Part shown: piece by piece, positions 22,968 through 24,000 of the stretch
How the letters are laid out: each line of letters opens with the position of its first letter
How positions within the stretch are numbered: position 1 is the first letter of the stretch
NCBI RefSeq assembly: GCF_000017245.1
Contig: NC_009655.1
Span: 1,027,161 to 1,051,160 of the forward strand
Source: Actinobacillus succinogenes 130Z
GTDB taxonomy: Bacteria; Pseudomonadota; Gammaproteobacteria; Enterobacterales; Pasteurellaceae
Length of the DNA stretch: 24,000 nucleotides
Direction: 5' to 3'
Made by a program: the position numbers and the translations under genes
Notes under the pieces: generated by a model
Databases searched by the model: none
What the model was told of the DNA's origin: nothing
Seen by the model: only the letters and a program-made list of their open reading frames with translations

Positions 22968-24000
22968 TTAATCCCGGTTAGGTTCGATCACCTCAATTTT
23001 TACACCGCTGTGTAAACCGCGCGGCAATTTAGAACCCCGCCGTCCGCGTTCGGCACGGAATTTTTGTAAATCTTCCGGTTTTAAAGTGATTTTGCGTTTT
23101 CCGGAATGGAAAACTAAACTGGCATTTTCACTAATGAGTAATAATTTCACCACAAAATCCGACCGCACTTTGGCATCGGCAGCCGGAATACCGATGATTT
23201 TATTACCTTTTCCTTTAGACAGCGAAGGCAGCTCCTGTACCGGGAACATCAGCATTCTCCCCGCGTGGGTTAACGCCAGCAAAAGTGCGGTCGAATTTTT
23301 AATGATTTTCGGCGGTAGCACTTTAGCGTTTTCCGGCAAGGTTAGCACGGCTTTTCCCGCTTTGTTACGGGCGATTAAATCTTCAAATTGACAGATAAAA
23401 CCATAGCCTGCATCGGATGCCATCAATAAAGGCTGATTTTCATTTTCGATCAAAACCTGTTCCATTGAAGCGCCCGCAGGCAGATTTAATTTACCGGTCA
23501 ACGGTTCGCCTTGCGAACGGGCGGACGGAAGACTGAGCGGATCCACGGCATAACTGCGCCCGCTGCTGTCAATGAATACCGCCGGCTGATTGCTTTTGCC
23601 GTAAGCGTGAGCGAGATATTTGTCGCCGGCTTTATAATTCAAGTTCTGGACGTCAATATCATGTCCTTTAGCGCAACGCACCCATCCCATTTCCGATAAA
23701 ATGACGGTGACGGGTTCTGCCGGCATCATTTCCGTTTCGGAAATGGCCTTAGCTTCTTCACGTTCGACTAACGGAGAACGGCGCGTACTGGCATAGGTTT
23801 TGGCATCTTGCTGAATTTCTTTTTTTATCAAAGTGTTAAGCCGACGTTCTGAGCTCAGAATCTGTTCTAAATGTTGGCGTTCTTCTTCAAGCCGGGCTTT
23901 TTCCGCTTTTAATTCCGTTTCTTCCAGTTTTGCTAAATGACGTAAGCGCAGATTTAAAATCGCTTCCGCTTGTTCGTCGCTTAACTTGAATCGCGCCATT
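22968..24000 (-). CDS. parC: DNA topoisomerase IV subunit A, C-terminal part (5' end lies right of the window)
   Basis: ARFKLSDEQAEAILNLRLRHLAKLEE, then a coiled coil and a beta-pinwheel CTD typical of GyrA/ParC. The short CTD with no acidic GyrA tail favours ParC. The ORF-track Met at 23999 is internal, and the frame stays open to the window edge. Confidence 0.82.
   Translation of the reverse strand, partial: MARFKLSDEQAEAILNLRLRHLAKLEETELKAEKARLEEERQHLEQILSSERRLNTLIKKEIQQDAKTYASTRRSPLVEREEAKAISETEMMPAEPVTVILSEMGWVRCAKGHDIDVQNLNYKAGDKYLAHAYGKSNQPAVFIDSSGRSYAVDPLSLPSARSQGEPLTGKLNLPAGASMEQVLIENENQPLLMASDAGYGFICQFEDLIARNKAGKAVLTLPENAKVLPPKIIKNSTALLLALTHAGRMLMFPVQELPSLSKGKGNKIIGIPAADAKVRSDFVVKLLLISENASLVFHSGKRKITLKPEDLQKFRAERGRRGSKLPRGLHSGVKIEVIEPNRD
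23162..23170 (-). repeat. Hin-type uptake signal sequence core AAGTGCGGT
   Basis: The + strand reads ACCGCACTT. Confidence 0.9.
23283..23291 (+). repeat. Hin-type uptake signal sequence core AAGTGCGGT
   Basis: Perfect 9-mer on the + strand. Confidence 0.9.

Overview
This is a chromosomal segment of a Pasteurellaceae-type gamma-proteobacterium. By eye I count 15 perfect AAGTGCGGT uptake signal sequences (USS), and gene content and order resemble the Haemophilus/Aggregatibacter/Pasteurella group. Bases 1-15838 are an ordinary, tightly packed housekeeping block: ycjF (3' part) and a short tyrR; then fur-fldA-ybfE(frameshifted)-ybfF on the minus strand; then seqA-menE-mscK-aroC-mepA-yfcA-lpxM-apt-dnaX on the plus strand. 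Bases ~15839-22191 are the only accessory-looking part. They hold a minus-strand beta-glucoside utilisation locus: PTS EIIBCA, a Cof-type HAD phosphatase, a GH1 6-phospho-beta-glucosidase and a LicT/BglG antiterminator. The locus is driven by two near-identical CRP-site/promoter/RAT/terminator leader cassettes and is bracketed by ~0.3 kb and ~0.5 kb of AT-rich non-coding DNA. The window ends with a YwiC-like membrane protein and the 3' part of parC. I see no rRNA, tRNA, CRISPR, transposase, integrase, phage genes or recognisable defence or toxin system, and I do not think the window hides a novel multi-gene system. The signals most worth a second look are: (i) the bgl locus lacks the host USS dialect and instead carries the other Pasteurellaceae dialect (ACAAGCGGT-type), which suggests import from the other USS clade; (ii) the duplicated LicT-controlled leader cassette, with compensatory changes in the terminator stems; (iii) a +1 frameshift in an A5 run of the ybfE-like gene upstream of fldA-fur; (iv) an A7 run in dnaX, at the position where E. 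coli makes gamma by frameshifting, with a -1 frame stop 2 codons later; (v) a perfect 12-bp-arm palindrome in the ybfE-fldA-fur leader. All coordinates, motif counts and alignments were made by eye from the sequence, with no tools.
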